A DNA stretch of 60,366 nt, from the IMG/VR virus record IMGVR_UViG_3300036846_000361, positions 1 to 60,366 of that record; one strand, 5' to 3'. Position 1 is the first letter of the stretch. Every line of letters starts with the position of its first letter. Position numbers and translations under genes: made by a program. This DNA comes from a virus. Lineage: Duplodnaviria > Caudoviricetes. Shown here piece by piece: positions 27,201 through 36,464 of this stretch. The notes beneath the pieces were generated by a model. It had not been told where the DNA came from. It saw only the letters and a list, made by a program, of their open reading frames with translations, and did no database searches.

Positions 27201-27279
27201 GCGGGTAGCGGGTGAGGCCGACAATTGAGCGGCCCACCCCGGTGCTCGTGTCGAGTACCAGAACCGAAAGGAGGGTACC

Positions 27280-27423
27280 ATACTCAAAAAGCTGTCACAG
27301 AGTAGGACGGCCAGATGGGAACGTGCTGCTACCTCTCTGCGCGAGGCAGCCGACAAGGTGGAAGCTCTATTCTCTGAGTTGGATGAACCGCTCAACGAGT
27401 TGCGTGACCTGCAGGCGGAGTAA
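27280..27423 (+). pseudogene. ATA-initiated or decayed helical ORF after motif 27270
   Basis: ILKKLSQSRTARWERAATSLREAADKVEALFSELDEPLNELRDLQAE*; ATA sits where ATG sits at 21698. Confidence 0.45.
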
Positions 27424-27453
27424 ATCAATGACGCTTGGAAGGAGGTAATCGGT

Positions 27454-27672
27454 ATGGCATCCCTTGCCAAGCCGAGGCCAGACGGCTCCGTCCATTTTGT
27501 CTCGCAGTCAGTAGACAACGGGAAGTGGACGACGCTGTGTGGCAAGCAGGTGAAGGCGAGTACGTGGGTGTTCACACACGCGTACGACGATCGGATTGTT
27601 GAACTGAAGCAATCCGGTCGTGCCCGGAGCGAATTGCGCTCTCTGGGCTACGTCTGTCACCGCTGTTTCTGA
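27454..27672 (+). CDS. Small Zn-binding protein
   Basis: H...TLCG...CHRC; RBS AAGGAGG. Confidence 0.65.
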   Translation: MASLAKPRPDGSVHFVSQSVDNGKWTTLCGKQVKASTWVFTHAYDDRIVELKQSGRARSELRSLGYVCHRCF

Positions 27673-27715
27673 GCCTGTAACGGGTGTACCATTCCCCTCA
27701 AGTCAACCCGACAAC

Positions 27716-27836
27716 CTAAATAACGTACGCGAGGCGAGAGAACAGACTAACCGCTGATCTGGCTCTCGGGCGCGTATACGCGCGGAGGACCGGCTTTCAT
27801 TTCAAAACAGTTCGGAGCCTCGCGTACGTTATTTAG
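27716..27836. repeat. 20-bp perfect inverted repeat with central 14-bp palindrome (candidate origin)
   Basis: CTAAATAACGTACGCGAGGC (27716-27735) / GCCTCGCGTACGTTATTTAG (27817-27836); GCGCGTATACGCGC at 27770-27783. Confidence 0.85.
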
Positions 27837-27864
27837 ATGGGAAAGCCCCGGAAACCGAGCCGAT

Positions 27865-27893
27865 TAGACTTCCATCCGCCCGTCCGGTAGAGT
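27865..27893 (+). promoter_or_regulatory. Promoter TAGACT-N17-TAGAGT for the replication operon
   Basis: Sigma-A-like spacing, same pattern as 23499. Confidence 0.5.
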
Positions 27894-27980
27894 CTCCCGG
27901 TCGGTCGAGACTGGCTTTCCTCCGCTTTGTTTTGACCCCCTAACTTGAACTTGAACCCTAGCCCCAGAGGGAGCAGGCAC

Positions 27981-29138
27981 ATGTCTTCTATTCAGCGAAA
28001 TCGTACACGTGCGGAACGAACGAAGCATCGGGAGACCCGTAGCGATTTGAGGAGGCCCGCGCCCAGCTCACTGCGCGGTGGCGTTGCGGGTCTCCCAATG
28101 TTGCGTACGTCCGAGCGTAGTACGTTCAAGCGGTGCCATTGGAAGTGGTACTGGGAGTTCGAGGAAGTGCTCAAGCCCAATACCGACGTTCCGCCCCTAC
28201 GCTTCGGATCGCTCGTTCATAAGGCACTCGCGGACTACTACAAACCAGGGATCAAGCGAGGCCCGAAACCTGCCGCGAGCTTCCGCAAATACTACGACGC
28301 GGAACTGAAGCTACAAGAGCAGTTCGGCTTCCGTGTACCGGACGTTGAGGCCGACGAGATATGGGTCGAGGCAGGCGAGCTAGGCGAGGCGATGCTGACT
28401 CATTACGTCGAGCACTACGGTCACGACGATGAGTGGGAGATCATCGTAACCGAGCAGCCGTTCGAGCAAGTCGTCTACCACGAGCGCCGAACCGACAGGT
28501 GGCCATACTCGAAACGCGAGCCCTTGTTCATCTACGTCGGCATCCTCGACGGGATCTGGCGCAACCGGCGAACGAAGAAACTCAGCATCGTAGACCACAA
28601 GACGGCGAAGGCAATCAACGTCATGTACCTCGCGCTCGATTTACAGGCGACCGGCTATTGGACGTGGGGGCTTGACTGGATCTACGAGAAGGGATTGCTG
28701 AAGCCGAACGAGAAGCCAGCTGGCATGATGTATAACCACCTGCGCAAGGCTCTCCCCGACTCGCGACCGTACGAGCTAGTGAACAACCGGAGAATCTACC
28801 TCAACAAGGACGGCGCGTACAGCAAGCAGCAACCGCCCGCCTACTTCAGCCGCACTCCGATCTACCGCGATTGGAATGAGCGCGAGGTAGCGCGATCACA
28901 AGTGCTCGCAGAATTTGCCGATATAGCGCGGATCCGCGCGGAAGGGAAACAGCCAGACGGATCACCGCCGGTCGCCGCATATAAGAACCAAGGACAGTTT
29001 ACATGTCCAGGGTGCTGGCTATTCGATTCCTGCGAGCTTCATGAAATCGGTGCCGACTGGAAGGAGATGCTAGAGCATAGTACAAAGAAGTGGGATCCGT
29101 ACACGGAGCACGAAGTGTACGCTGGAGAGACGAAATGA
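27981..29138 (+). CDS. Cas4/RecB-like PD-(D/E)XK exonuclease
   Basis: RTSERSTFKRC, FGSLVHKAL, GILDG...IVDHKT, LQATGY, C-terminal Cys cluster. Confidence 0.85.
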   Translation: MSSIQRNRTRAERTKHRETRSDLRRPAPSSLRGGVAGLPMLRTSERSTFKRCHWKWYWEFEEVLKPNTDVPPLRFGSLVHKALADYYKPGIKRGPKPAASFRKYYDAELKLQEQFGFRVPDVEADEIWVEAGELGEAMLTHYVEHYGHDDEWEIIVTEQPFEQVVYHERRTDRWPYSKREPLFIYVGILDGIWRNRRTKKLSIVDHKTAKAINVMYLALDLQATGYWTWGLDWIYEKGLLKPNEKPAGMMYNHLRKALPDSRPYELVNNRRIYLNKDGAYSKQQPPAYFSRTPIYRDWNEREVARSQVLAEFADIARIRAEGKQPDGSPPVAAYKNQGQFTCPGCWLFDSCELHEIGADWKEMLEHSTKKWDPYTEHEVYAGETK

Positions 29139-29147
29139 GGAGGGAGC

Positions 29148-29849
29148 ATGGAAGCAAGCGTTGAGCTAGACGCCCGAGAGTTCGGGCTCCACACGAGGCA
29201 AGGCGGTTGGCGTCTCGGTCTGCTTGTTGCCCGCAACGTCGAGCCAGGCAAAGGTCAGAACGAACGTGGATCTCGTCGTTCTAATCGAAACGACGAGAAG
29301 ATCAGCGCCAAGAAGTTTGCTGATCTGGCAGGGACCACTGCCGCGCGGGTAATGCGCTACTGGCGGGCATGGGAGGAGGCAGCCGACAAAGATATCGTGC
29401 CATCGTCGGCCGGACTCACTCCGGGCGAGGAGGTCGATCTGGACGTGGATGAACTTCCAGATTGGTCCGACTACTACGATGCCTCCACATCGAGCGGGAG
29501 TAGCTCGGGCGGTAGCGGTAGCTCGGGGGATGATGATGAAGACGACGAAGACGACAGCGATGACGATGGGGACGACGATGAAGATGAAGGTGGCGAGGAA
29601 ACTCTCGATGATGTCTTCATTAATCCTATGACTACCGTCTGTATTAAAACCCGGACGATGAAACTTGATCTCCGAGAGTTCAATCTGACGGAATCACAGC
29701 GCAAGACGGTACTGAACTATCTGAATGAACTAGAGGAGCACATCACTACGATCCGCGAGGACATCGAGGTACGAAACAGGCGGCGTATCAAAGGCAAGAC
29801 CGTCTACGTCTACGAAGTCAGCAACGAACGGGAGGGAGCAGAATCATGA
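29148..29849 (+). CDS. Hypothetical protein with HTH-like N-terminus and acidic linker
   Basis: ISAKKFADLAGTTAARVMRY; Ser/Gly then Asp/Glu run. Confidence 0.7.
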   Translation: MEASVELDAREFGLHTRQGGWRLGLLVARNVEPGKGQNERGSRRSNRNDEKISAKKFADLAGTTAARVMRYWRAWEEAADKDIVPSSAGLTPGEEVDLDVDELPDWSDYYDASTSSGSSSGGSGSSGDDDEDDEDDSDDDGDDDEDEGGEETLDDVFINPMTTVCIKTRTMKLDLREFNLTESQRKTVLNYLNELEEHITTIREDIEVRNRRRIKGKTVYVYEVSNEREGAES

Positions 29850-30292
29850 TTGCCAGCCATATCCGTCTCTTTAAGCACTTCAAGGTCGAGCACCAGTTCA
29901 CTATGCAAGAAGCCATGCAGTTCTTGAACTGCACCGAAGGCTACTTTGCCCGCGTCGTGCGCACCGATGCTCGCAAGCACGCTCGGCGAGACTGCGAAGG
30001 GTATTACCTCTGCTGTTGCGACAACAGTAAAGACAGGTTCATGTTCTCTAAGAATCCTTCAGTCTTGACGCAACAGTTCAAACGAGGCAGAGGGATCCAT
30101 ATGGGCCAAAGAACTACTCTACTCGAACTGATGGAGGTCATGTTCGTAGAAGGATGCGCTGACGACGCTATCGACGTCAAGGTATGGAGCCTTCGATGGC
30201 AGGCCAATCACTGGGAGGATCTGAAGAATCTCGATATCGAGAAGCGTGAACGTCGTCTCATGAAAGCCGAGCGACTCATCAAAGCAAGCTAA
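29846..30292 (+). CDS. Hypothetical protein
   Basis: ATGA-coupled, RBS GGAGGGAG. Confidence 0.65.
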   Translation: MIASHIRLFKHFKVEHQFTMQEAMQFLNCTEGYFARVVRTDARKHARRDCEGYYLCCCDNSKDRFMFSKNPSVLTQQFKRGRGIHMGQRTTLLELMEVMFVEGCADDAIDVKVWSLRWQANHWEDLKNLDIEKRERRLMKAERLIKAS

Positions 30293-30309
30293 CAAGATTA
30301 GGAGGATCG

Positions 30310-30495
30310 ATGGCAAGGCCACGCCTAGAGGTCGCCACCGAGTTCCTTGAAGCCATTGCACAGGCCAGCAGACTCGGATCGTTAGCCGAGCAGCACGCCA
30401 TGATGGATGAAGAGGACAAGATCAAGCTCGCGGACGCGATCATCGACTGCCAGAAGGACATAGACCGTCTGTTTGAGGAGTACCAAGATGCCTGA
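30310..30495 (+). CDS. Hypothetical protein
   Basis: RBS AGGAGG. Confidence 0.6.
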   Translation: MARPRLEVATEFLEAIAQASRLGSLAEQHAMMDEEDKIKLADAIIDCQKDIDRLFEEYQDA

Positions 30496-31333
30496 CATCA
30501 AACCCGTCGGCGCGTCGAGCAAGATCAATATGCTCCTACACGCGGATATCGGAACCGGCAAAACGAGCTTCATCGGTACGGGCGGCAGCGACTACAAGAT
30601 CCTGATCATGCGACCGCCGATCGACCACACCGACCCGATCATTGGGAGCGGTGTGCAGGAGATGATCGTCAAGAACTGGGAGGAGATTTTCGACGGGCTT
30701 GAGTACGTCCGTCATGAAGGTGCCGCCTGGGATTGGTTTTGGATCGACTCGATCAGTCTCCTCCAGGACATCGGACTCGATGACGTCTATGAAGGCGTCC
30801 TCGACAAGAAAGGGCCGGTCGGCTCACAAGCTCGCAAGGAGCGTGAGCAGTTCGGCCCGGATCGCGGCGAGTACCGCGTCAATATGTGGCGCTTGGCGCA
30901 ATGGGTCCGACATTGCGTAGGAGACGGATCTGTCAACCTCGGGATCACGGCTCACTCTTTTTGGTGGGAGCCGAATAACGTCCTCGACGAGTTGACGCCA
31001 TCCTGCCTCTGGCCATGGATCCAGGGCAAGAACATGCCGTCGAAGATCTGCGGCATGATGAACATCGTCGGCTACATGGAGGTAGAGACGCGAGAGAGAG
31101 GAAACAGGAAGCGCCAAGTACGTGTCCTCCATACCAACAAGACAGAGCGGTACTACGCGAAGTGTCAGTTCAAGCTTCGCGACGGTAGCTCGGTCTTTGG
31201 TGACGGGGACATAGTCAACCCGACCCTGCCAGGCATCACGGAAGCGATCATGGCTAGCAGACCGTCGGTTAATGGGGCTGGTCCAAGAAGACGAAGAAGG
31301 GAGCAAAGTGGCGTCAATCAAGTACGACGTTAG
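30488..31333 (+). CDS. AAA ATPase (Sak4/AAA_24-like recombination protein)
   Basis: ADIGTGKTS Walker A, WIDSIS Walker B, ITAH; between exonuclease and SSB. Confidence 0.8.
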   Translation: MPDIKPVGASSKINMLLHADIGTGKTSFIGTGGSDYKILIMRPPIDHTDPIIGSGVQEMIVKNWEEIFDGLEYVRHEGAAWDWFWIDSISLLQDIGLDDVYEGVLDKKGPVGSQARKEREQFGPDRGEYRVNMWRLAQWVRHCVGDGSVNLGITAHSFWWEPNNVLDELTPSCLWPWIQGKNMPSKICGMMNIVGYMEVETRERGNRKRQVRVLHTNKTERYYAKCQFKLRDGSSVFGDGDIVNPTLPGITEAIMASRPSVNGAGPRRRRREQSGVNQVRR

Positions 31334-32303
31334 TGATGTCGAGTCCGGCGGCGGAGCGGAACAGCCGCAGCCTGCGCTCTACAAAGGCAAGATCGTCACC
31401 GTCACGCATCGCACGAAGAACGTACGTGGCGAAGCCGTGAACGATCTGGAAGTCGTCGTTGATGTGGGAGACGATTTCGCTCGTCTCTGGACGTACATTC
31501 AACTCGACAACCCTGCGACGAAGTGGAAGCTCCGCGAGTTCACCGACGCGATGGGACTGCCGGCTCGCGGCGCCATCGACCCGACGAAGCTCAAGAACAA
31601 GCCGGTGACGGTCAAGGTCTCGGCTGACACCGACCTCGACGGCAACTATCGCGGACGGGTCAAGAACCTGTTCAAGCCCGGCGAGGAGCCGTCCGAGAAC
31701 GGAGCATCCGCCACGGCATCGGCGGAGGGCGACGATGAGCCGCTGAGCGAGGAGGAGTTGGCCGACTGGGACAACGACGACCTCAAGGAGGAGTTGGAGG
31801 CTCGCGGGATCAAGCTCGCCGGTCGCTTCAGTTCCGCCAAGGCGATCGAGGCCATCCTGGAAGCGCAGGGCACCAACGGCGAGCCTGAGGAGGAGGATGA
31901 AGACGAAAGCGAAGACGAGGATGAGGCGAAGGCGTCGTCTGACATCGATCCGGAGCTTCTGGAGGATCTCAAGACGGATCCGGAGCACTACGCCGATTGG
32001 GCAGATGATGACCTCAAGACGTACATCGAAGAACTCGGCATCTCCGGCAACCTGACCGGACGCAAGACTCGATCGAAGATGATCGAGCACATCACCCAAT
32101 ACGCCGAACAAGCCGGGGGCGGTGGCGAGGAGGGTGATGGCGCACCAGAGGATGACTACGAGGAATGGCCCGATCAGGACCTCAAGGATGAGGTTGCTAC
32201 GCGGATCGAACAGGGCGCAGCGGTCAAGATCGTCGGTCGCCAGACCAAGGCGAAGCTGATCGAGGCGCTCCGCAAGGACGACCGCGCTGGCGAGCCGTTC
32301 TAA
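31308..32303 (+). CDS. ssDNA-binding protein (DUF669-like) with acidic C-terminal repeats
   Basis: N-terminal PALYKGKI...WKLREF..AMG OB-fold pattern; three W..DDLK helical repeats. Confidence 0.7.
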   Translation: MASIKYDVSDVESGGGAEQPQPALYKGKIVTVTHRTKNVRGEAVNDLEVVVDVGDDFARLWTYIQLDNPATKWKLREFTDAMGLPARGAIDPTKLKNKPVTVKVSADTDLDGNYRGRVKNLFKPGEEPSENGASATASAEGDDEPLSEEELADWDNDDLKEELEARGIKLAGRFSSAKAIEAILEAQGTNGEPEEEDEDESEDEDEAKASSDIDPELLEDLKTDPEHYADWADDDLKTYIEELGISGNLTGRKTRSKMIEHITQYAEQAGGGGEEGDGAPEDDYEEWPDQDLKDEVATRIEQGAAVKIVGRQTKAKLIEALRKDDRAGEPF

Positions 32304-32309
32304 GCAGTC

Positions 32310-35087
32310 ATGCCTCAGGTCAGTAATCGACACATCCGGCTACTCAAGCCGTACCTGATAGGCAAGCCACGTGCCAACGGCGAGTGGGATATGTACTGCC
32401 CGCTGCATGGCGACGAGAGGCGGTCTGCCTCTCTGAATCGGATCACCGGTACGTGGTATTGCTTCGCGGGCTGCGGTGGTGGCGGCGTGCTCGATCTGAT
32501 CAAAGCTCAGTCGCGTTGGGTCGAGCCGGGAGCGGCCAAGATGAACGGTCACTCTCGGCCCGACTCGACGCCAGACGAGCGGGTCAACGAAGGCATGATC
32601 AAAGGGTGGGCGTCCGCGCTCCTGTCGAACGAGTATGCGCTTGACTACCTCGTTACGGAGCGCGGCATCCATACCAAGACACTCATGGACTTCGATATCG
32701 GTTGGGACGCCGCACGAGACGTGTACACGATCCCCGTACGCGGCGAGGACGGAGCCATCTGGAACGTCCGCCGCTACACACCAAACCCGAAGGGCGATAC
32801 CAAGATCTGGAGCGTCAAGGGGATGAGAGTGACCGAGCTATACCCGGTCAAGATCCTCGACGACGCCGAGCGCGTCATCATCTGCGAAGGTGAGTGGGAC
32901 ACGCTCCTGACAATACAGATGGGCTTCCCGGCCGTCACCCGTACATCGGGAGCCGGTACTTGGTACCATCGCTGGAACGAAGCCTTCAAGGACAAGCTTG
33001 TCTACATCTGCCAAGACCGCGATGTCGAAGGCGTCTCGGGGTCCAGGAAGATCGCTCGTGCCTTGTCTCGCATCGGGATCGATGTCCGCATCGCCGAGCT
33101 TCCTTACTCGGTCATCCCCAAACACGGCAAGGATCTATCCGACTTCTGGATGGAGCATGACCGAGCAGATTTTGAATCGCTTCTCGCCGATGCTTTGAGT
33201 TGGAGAAGGCAGGAGAAGGAGTTACGCGAGCCGGAGATAATCACCGTCTTGGAAACGTTCGACTCGCGCAAGGTGGCCGAGCCGGTCAAGGTCCAGGTCA
33301 CGATCAAGGGCCGAAAGGAACCAGGCTACATCCTGCCCAAGAAGGCGCACCTGGAATGTACCCGAGACGCAGGACCGACCAAGTGTCCCTACTGTCCCTT
33401 GTTCACTGCGGACGGAGAGGCCGATGTAGAGATCAGCCCATCATCGCCGGTCGTCTTGCAAATGATCGACGCTCCCAAGGAGAAGCTCTTTGACATCCTG
33501 CGAGCAGAATACGGTGCCGTCAAATGCTCCAAGCTGGAGATAGAGACGAGAGAGCATCAATCGGTCGAAGTCCTGATTGCGCGACCCAGCGTCGATCACG
33601 CCGACGGGACGCAGACCAGCGAGTACAAGAACCTCAAGATCACAAGCGTCGGCCGACACGATACCGCTAACAACAGCACGATCGTCGCGACCGGCGCGCT
33701 CTACCCCAACCCGCGCTCACAGCACAACGAGTTCCTCGCTTGGGACATAGTCAGGCAAGAGACGAGCGTGGACCACTTCGATGTTACTCCCGAAGCGGTC
33801 AAGCTCATGTCTCGGTTCTCTCCGCGTCGCGGGCAGAGACCGTTGCGAAAGCTCGGCGAGATCAACCGGCAGCTGGCGGAACACGTGACCCACATCATCG
33901 GTCGGCCGGAGATGCACGCCATGATGGACCTGACATTTCACAGCGTCCTCTCGTTCAAGTTCGACGGGAAGCTGGAGCATCGCGGTTGGCTAGAGACGCT
34001 GATCGCAGGCGACACCCGTACGGGCAAGTCCGAGGCGGCGGAGCGGCTTGTAAGGCACTTTGGAGCAGGCGAGATAGTCGGAGGCGAGGGCGCGACGATC
34101 GCGGGATTGGTCGGTGGCCTACAACAGGTAGGCGGGAAGGAGTGGGTCATTACCTGGGGTGTCATCCCGATTAACGACAAGCGGATCGTCGTGATCGATG
34201 AGCTATCCGGGCTCCAGCCGGAAGACATCTCCAAGATGAGCGACATCCGCGCGTCCGGAGTAGCGAAGCTGACGAAGATCGAGCAGGATATGACGCACGC
34301 TCGGACGCGGTTACTTTGGATGGGGAATCCGAGAGATGGCGGTATGAACCAGTACACGTACGGGATCGACTGCCTCAAACCGTTGATCGGGAATCCGGAG
34401 GACATCGCCCGCTTCGACCTCGCGATGATCGTGACGATGACCGACGTATCGAAGGAGATCATCAACCGGCCGCTTCAGGCGAGAGGCAGTCTACGCTTCA
34501 CGAGCGAAGCTTGCCATACACTCCTGATGTGGGCATGGACCCGCCAGCCAGATCAGATCGTCTGGGCTCGCGGCGCTGAGGATGCCGTCTTTCGATCGGC
34601 GCTCGATATGGGCTCGCGCTACATCGAGGATCCGCCGCTTGTACAGGGTGCGAACATCCGAATCAAGATCGCCCGAGTAGCCTGCGCGCTCGCGGCGAGA
34701 ACATTCAGCACAGATGCGTCGTGCGAGAAGGTCGTTGTCACCAAGGCGCACGTCGAGGACGCGGTGACGTTCATGAACATGATCTACGAAATGCCAGCGA
34801 TCGGGTACGAGGAGCATTCACGCGAGCGGCTACACGAGATAGAGACAGCTGAGGAACACAAGGATGAGATCCGCCGCTTCTTGATTGAGCATCGCGGTCT
34901 CGCCAAACTCATGCGCTCCAACGGGAGCTTTCGACGGCAAGACGTAGAGGAGGTCCTGGGCGTTGAACGAGGACAGGCGAACGCTATTATCAACAAGCTC
35001 TGGAACGCGAGAATGATCAGCAAGGAGGGAGCAGACTCTATGGTACAGCCGACTCTTCATCAGCTACTCCGTGAGGTCTCATGGTGA
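32310..35087 (+). CDS. Primase-helicase fusion (CHC2 Zn finger + TOPRIM + MCM-like AAA+)
   Basis: CPLH..WYCFAGC; ICEGEWD, DRD; GDTRTGKS, VIDEL, GNP, ARFDL. Confidence 0.85.
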   Translation: MPQVSNRHIRLLKPYLIGKPRANGEWDMYCPLHGDERRSASLNRITGTWYCFAGCGGGGVLDLIKAQSRWVEPGAAKMNGHSRPDSTPDERVNEGMIKGWASALLSNEYALDYLVTERGIHTKTLMDFDIGWDAARDVYTIPVRGEDGAIWNVRRYTPNPKGDTKIWSVKGMRVTELYPVKILDDAERVIICEGEWDTLLTIQMGFPAVTRTSGAGTWYHRWNEAFKDKLVYICQDRDVEGVSGSRKIARALSRIGIDVRIAELPYSVIPKHGKDLSDFWMEHDRADFESLLADALSWRRQEKELREPEIITVLETFDSRKVAEPVKVQVTIKGRKEPGYILPKKAHLECTRDAGPTKCPYCPLFTADGEADVEISPSSPVVLQMIDAPKEKLFDILRAEYGAVKCSKLEIETREHQSVEVLIARPSVDHADGTQTSEYKNLKITSVGRHDTANNSTIVATGALYPNPRSQHNEFLAWDIVRQETSVDHFDVTPEAVKLMSRFSPRRGQRPLRKLGEINRQLAEHVTHIIGRPEMHAMMDLTFHSVLSFKFDGKLEHRGWLETLIAGDTRTGKSEAAERLVRHFGAGEIVGGEGATIAGLVGGLQQVGGKEWVITWGVIPINDKRIVVIDELSGLQPEDISKMSDIRASGVAKLTKIEQDMTHARTRLLWMGNPRDGGMNQYTYGIDCLKPLIGNPEDIARFDLAMIVTMTDVSKEIINRPLQARGSLRFTSEACHTLLMWAWTRQPDQIVWARGAEDAVFRSALDMGSRYIEDPPLVQGANIRIKIARVACALAARTFSTDASCEKVVVTKAHVEDAVTFMNMIYEMPAIGYEEHSRERLHEIETAEEHKDEIRRFLIEHRGLAKLMRSNGSFRRQDVEEVLGVERGQANAIINKLWNARMISKEGADSMVQPTLHQLLREVSW

Positions 35088-35833
35088 ACATCGCGATCCT
35101 CGGCTGCGGCCCGTCCGGTCTACTCGCGATGCACGCCTGCGTCCGAGCCGGATACGACCCAGACATTTACTCACACAAGTTCAAGTCGCGAATCTACGCC
35201 GCGATGTTCTTGCACAAGTCGATCCCCGAGGTTTGTCCCGATCGGCCGGAACTGAAGATTCGCATTCTCAAGACCGGGACACGCGAGGGCTACGCGCAGA
35301 ATGTCTACGGCGACCCGCAACACGAAGTATCCTGGGACAAGTTCCAGACCGGGTTCATCGATGCCTGGAGTCTCCCGAACGCCTACGACAAATTGTGGGC
35401 GCTCTATTCTCACCGCATCACCGATATGGATGCGAAGGATCTTCTGAGGACGGAACTCAAAGCGTACGATCTTGTCATCTCGACGATCCCTCGACCGATC
35501 CTCTGCTATCGAGACCATGTCTTCCATTCGCAGAGGGTCTGGGTCCGCCATGAGCAGACGGAAATGAGGCACAACCTCATGGTGTACAATGGCTCAACTG
35601 TCCATACCTTCTACCGCTACTCAGTGATCGGCGGGCATCGCTCGTATGAGTACAGCTTCGATCCCGGCCCGAGGAATGGATTTGAGGTTGCCGTCGGATA
35701 CAAGCCGCTCTGGACTACCTGTGACTGCCGCCCGAAGATCGTCAAGTTGGGACGCTTTGGAGCCTGGGAGAAGCAGATCCTCTGTCATCAAGTCTACGAG
35801 GAGACGTTCGGTGTTCTGCAGTCGTTGCGGTGA
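35081..35833 (+). CDS. FAD-dependent oxidoreductase (UDP-galactopyranose mutase-like)
   Basis: IAILGCGPSGL Rossmann motif, DLVISTIP, C-terminal LGRFGAW. Confidence 0.75.
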   Translation: MVNIAILGCGPSGLLAMHACVRAGYDPDIYSHKFKSRIYAAMFLHKSIPEVCPDRPELKIRILKTGTREGYAQNVYGDPQHEVSWDKFQTGFIDAWSLPNAYDKLWALYSHRITDMDAKDLLRTELKAYDLVISTIPRPILCYRDHVFHSQRVWVRHEQTEMRHNLMVYNGSTVHTFYRYSVIGGHRSYEYSFDPGPRNGFEVAVGYKPLWTTCDCRPKIVKLGRFGAWEKQILCHQVYEETFGVLQSLR

Positions 35834-36464
35834 TAAGATCATGCCGGTCGTCGCTATCGACATCGATGGGACGCTCGGAGACTATCACACTCACTTCCTG
35901 AGCTTCACCGAGGACTGGCTTGGATACGACGCGCATCCGGATATGCCGACGTACGACGGATCAGAGTCCTTCAGCGCCTGGTGCGAGGATGCCTTCGCTA
36001 TCTCGATCGACACCTTCCGGCAGATCAAGCTTGCCTACCGGCAGGGCGGTATGAAACGAACCATGCCGATCCTCGATGGCGCCCAGAAGCTCTGCTGGGA
36101 TATACAGGATGCCGGCGCGGAGCTATGGATGACTACGACACGACCGTACCTCTCACTCGACAACATCGTGCCGGATACGGTCGAGTGGCTCCGTCGCTAC
36201 CACATCGAGTACGACGGCATGTTGTTTGATGAGGACAAGTATGCCCAGCTAGCCGGTCGCATCAATCCGGAGAGAGTTGTCCTCGTCCTCGATGATCTGA
36301 GCGAGATGTGTGAGGCCGCGAACGTCCTATTCCCCGGTCGGGTAATGCAGGTTGCCAACCACTACAACGCGGGAGCCCTGTACAGCGTCTCGACCGATCT
36401 CAAGTCTGCGCATGAGATCGCGCTGGATAGGATCGCCGCCTGGAGGGAGCAGAATGACGAATAA
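35811..36464 (+). CDS. HAD-superfamily nucleotidase/phosphatase
   Basis: AIDIDGTL motif I, TTRP, VLDD. Confidence 0.8.
   Translation: MFCSRCGDKIMPVVAIDIDGTLGDYHTHFLSFTEDWLGYDAHPDMPTYDGSESFSAWCEDAFAISIDTFRQIKLAYRQGGMKRTMPILDGAQKLCWDIQDAGAELWMTTTRPYLSLDNIVPDTVEWLRRYHIEYDGMLFDEDKYAQLAGRINPERVVLVLDDLSEMCEAANVLFPGRVMQVANHYNAGALYSVSTDLKSAHEIALDRIAAWREQNDE

Larger units (their letters stand above)
15383..27279 (+). repeat. Dispersed twin-hairpin + GGAGGGTACC elements (13 copies)
   Basis: Elements start near 15383, 15877, 16441, 17319, 17675, 18874, 19641, 20562, 21612, 22584, 23426, 24357, 27206; exact GGAGGGTACC at 15448, 15937, 16506, 17380, 17732, 18933, 19702, 20626, 21688, 22636, 27270. Confidence 0.9.

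Noticed and set aside
15383-27279. CRISPR array or integron
   Set aside because: Repeats are separated by whole genes, only 10-13 nt are invariant, and no cas1/cas2 or integron integrase was seen; the Cas4-like nuclease is in a normal recombination context
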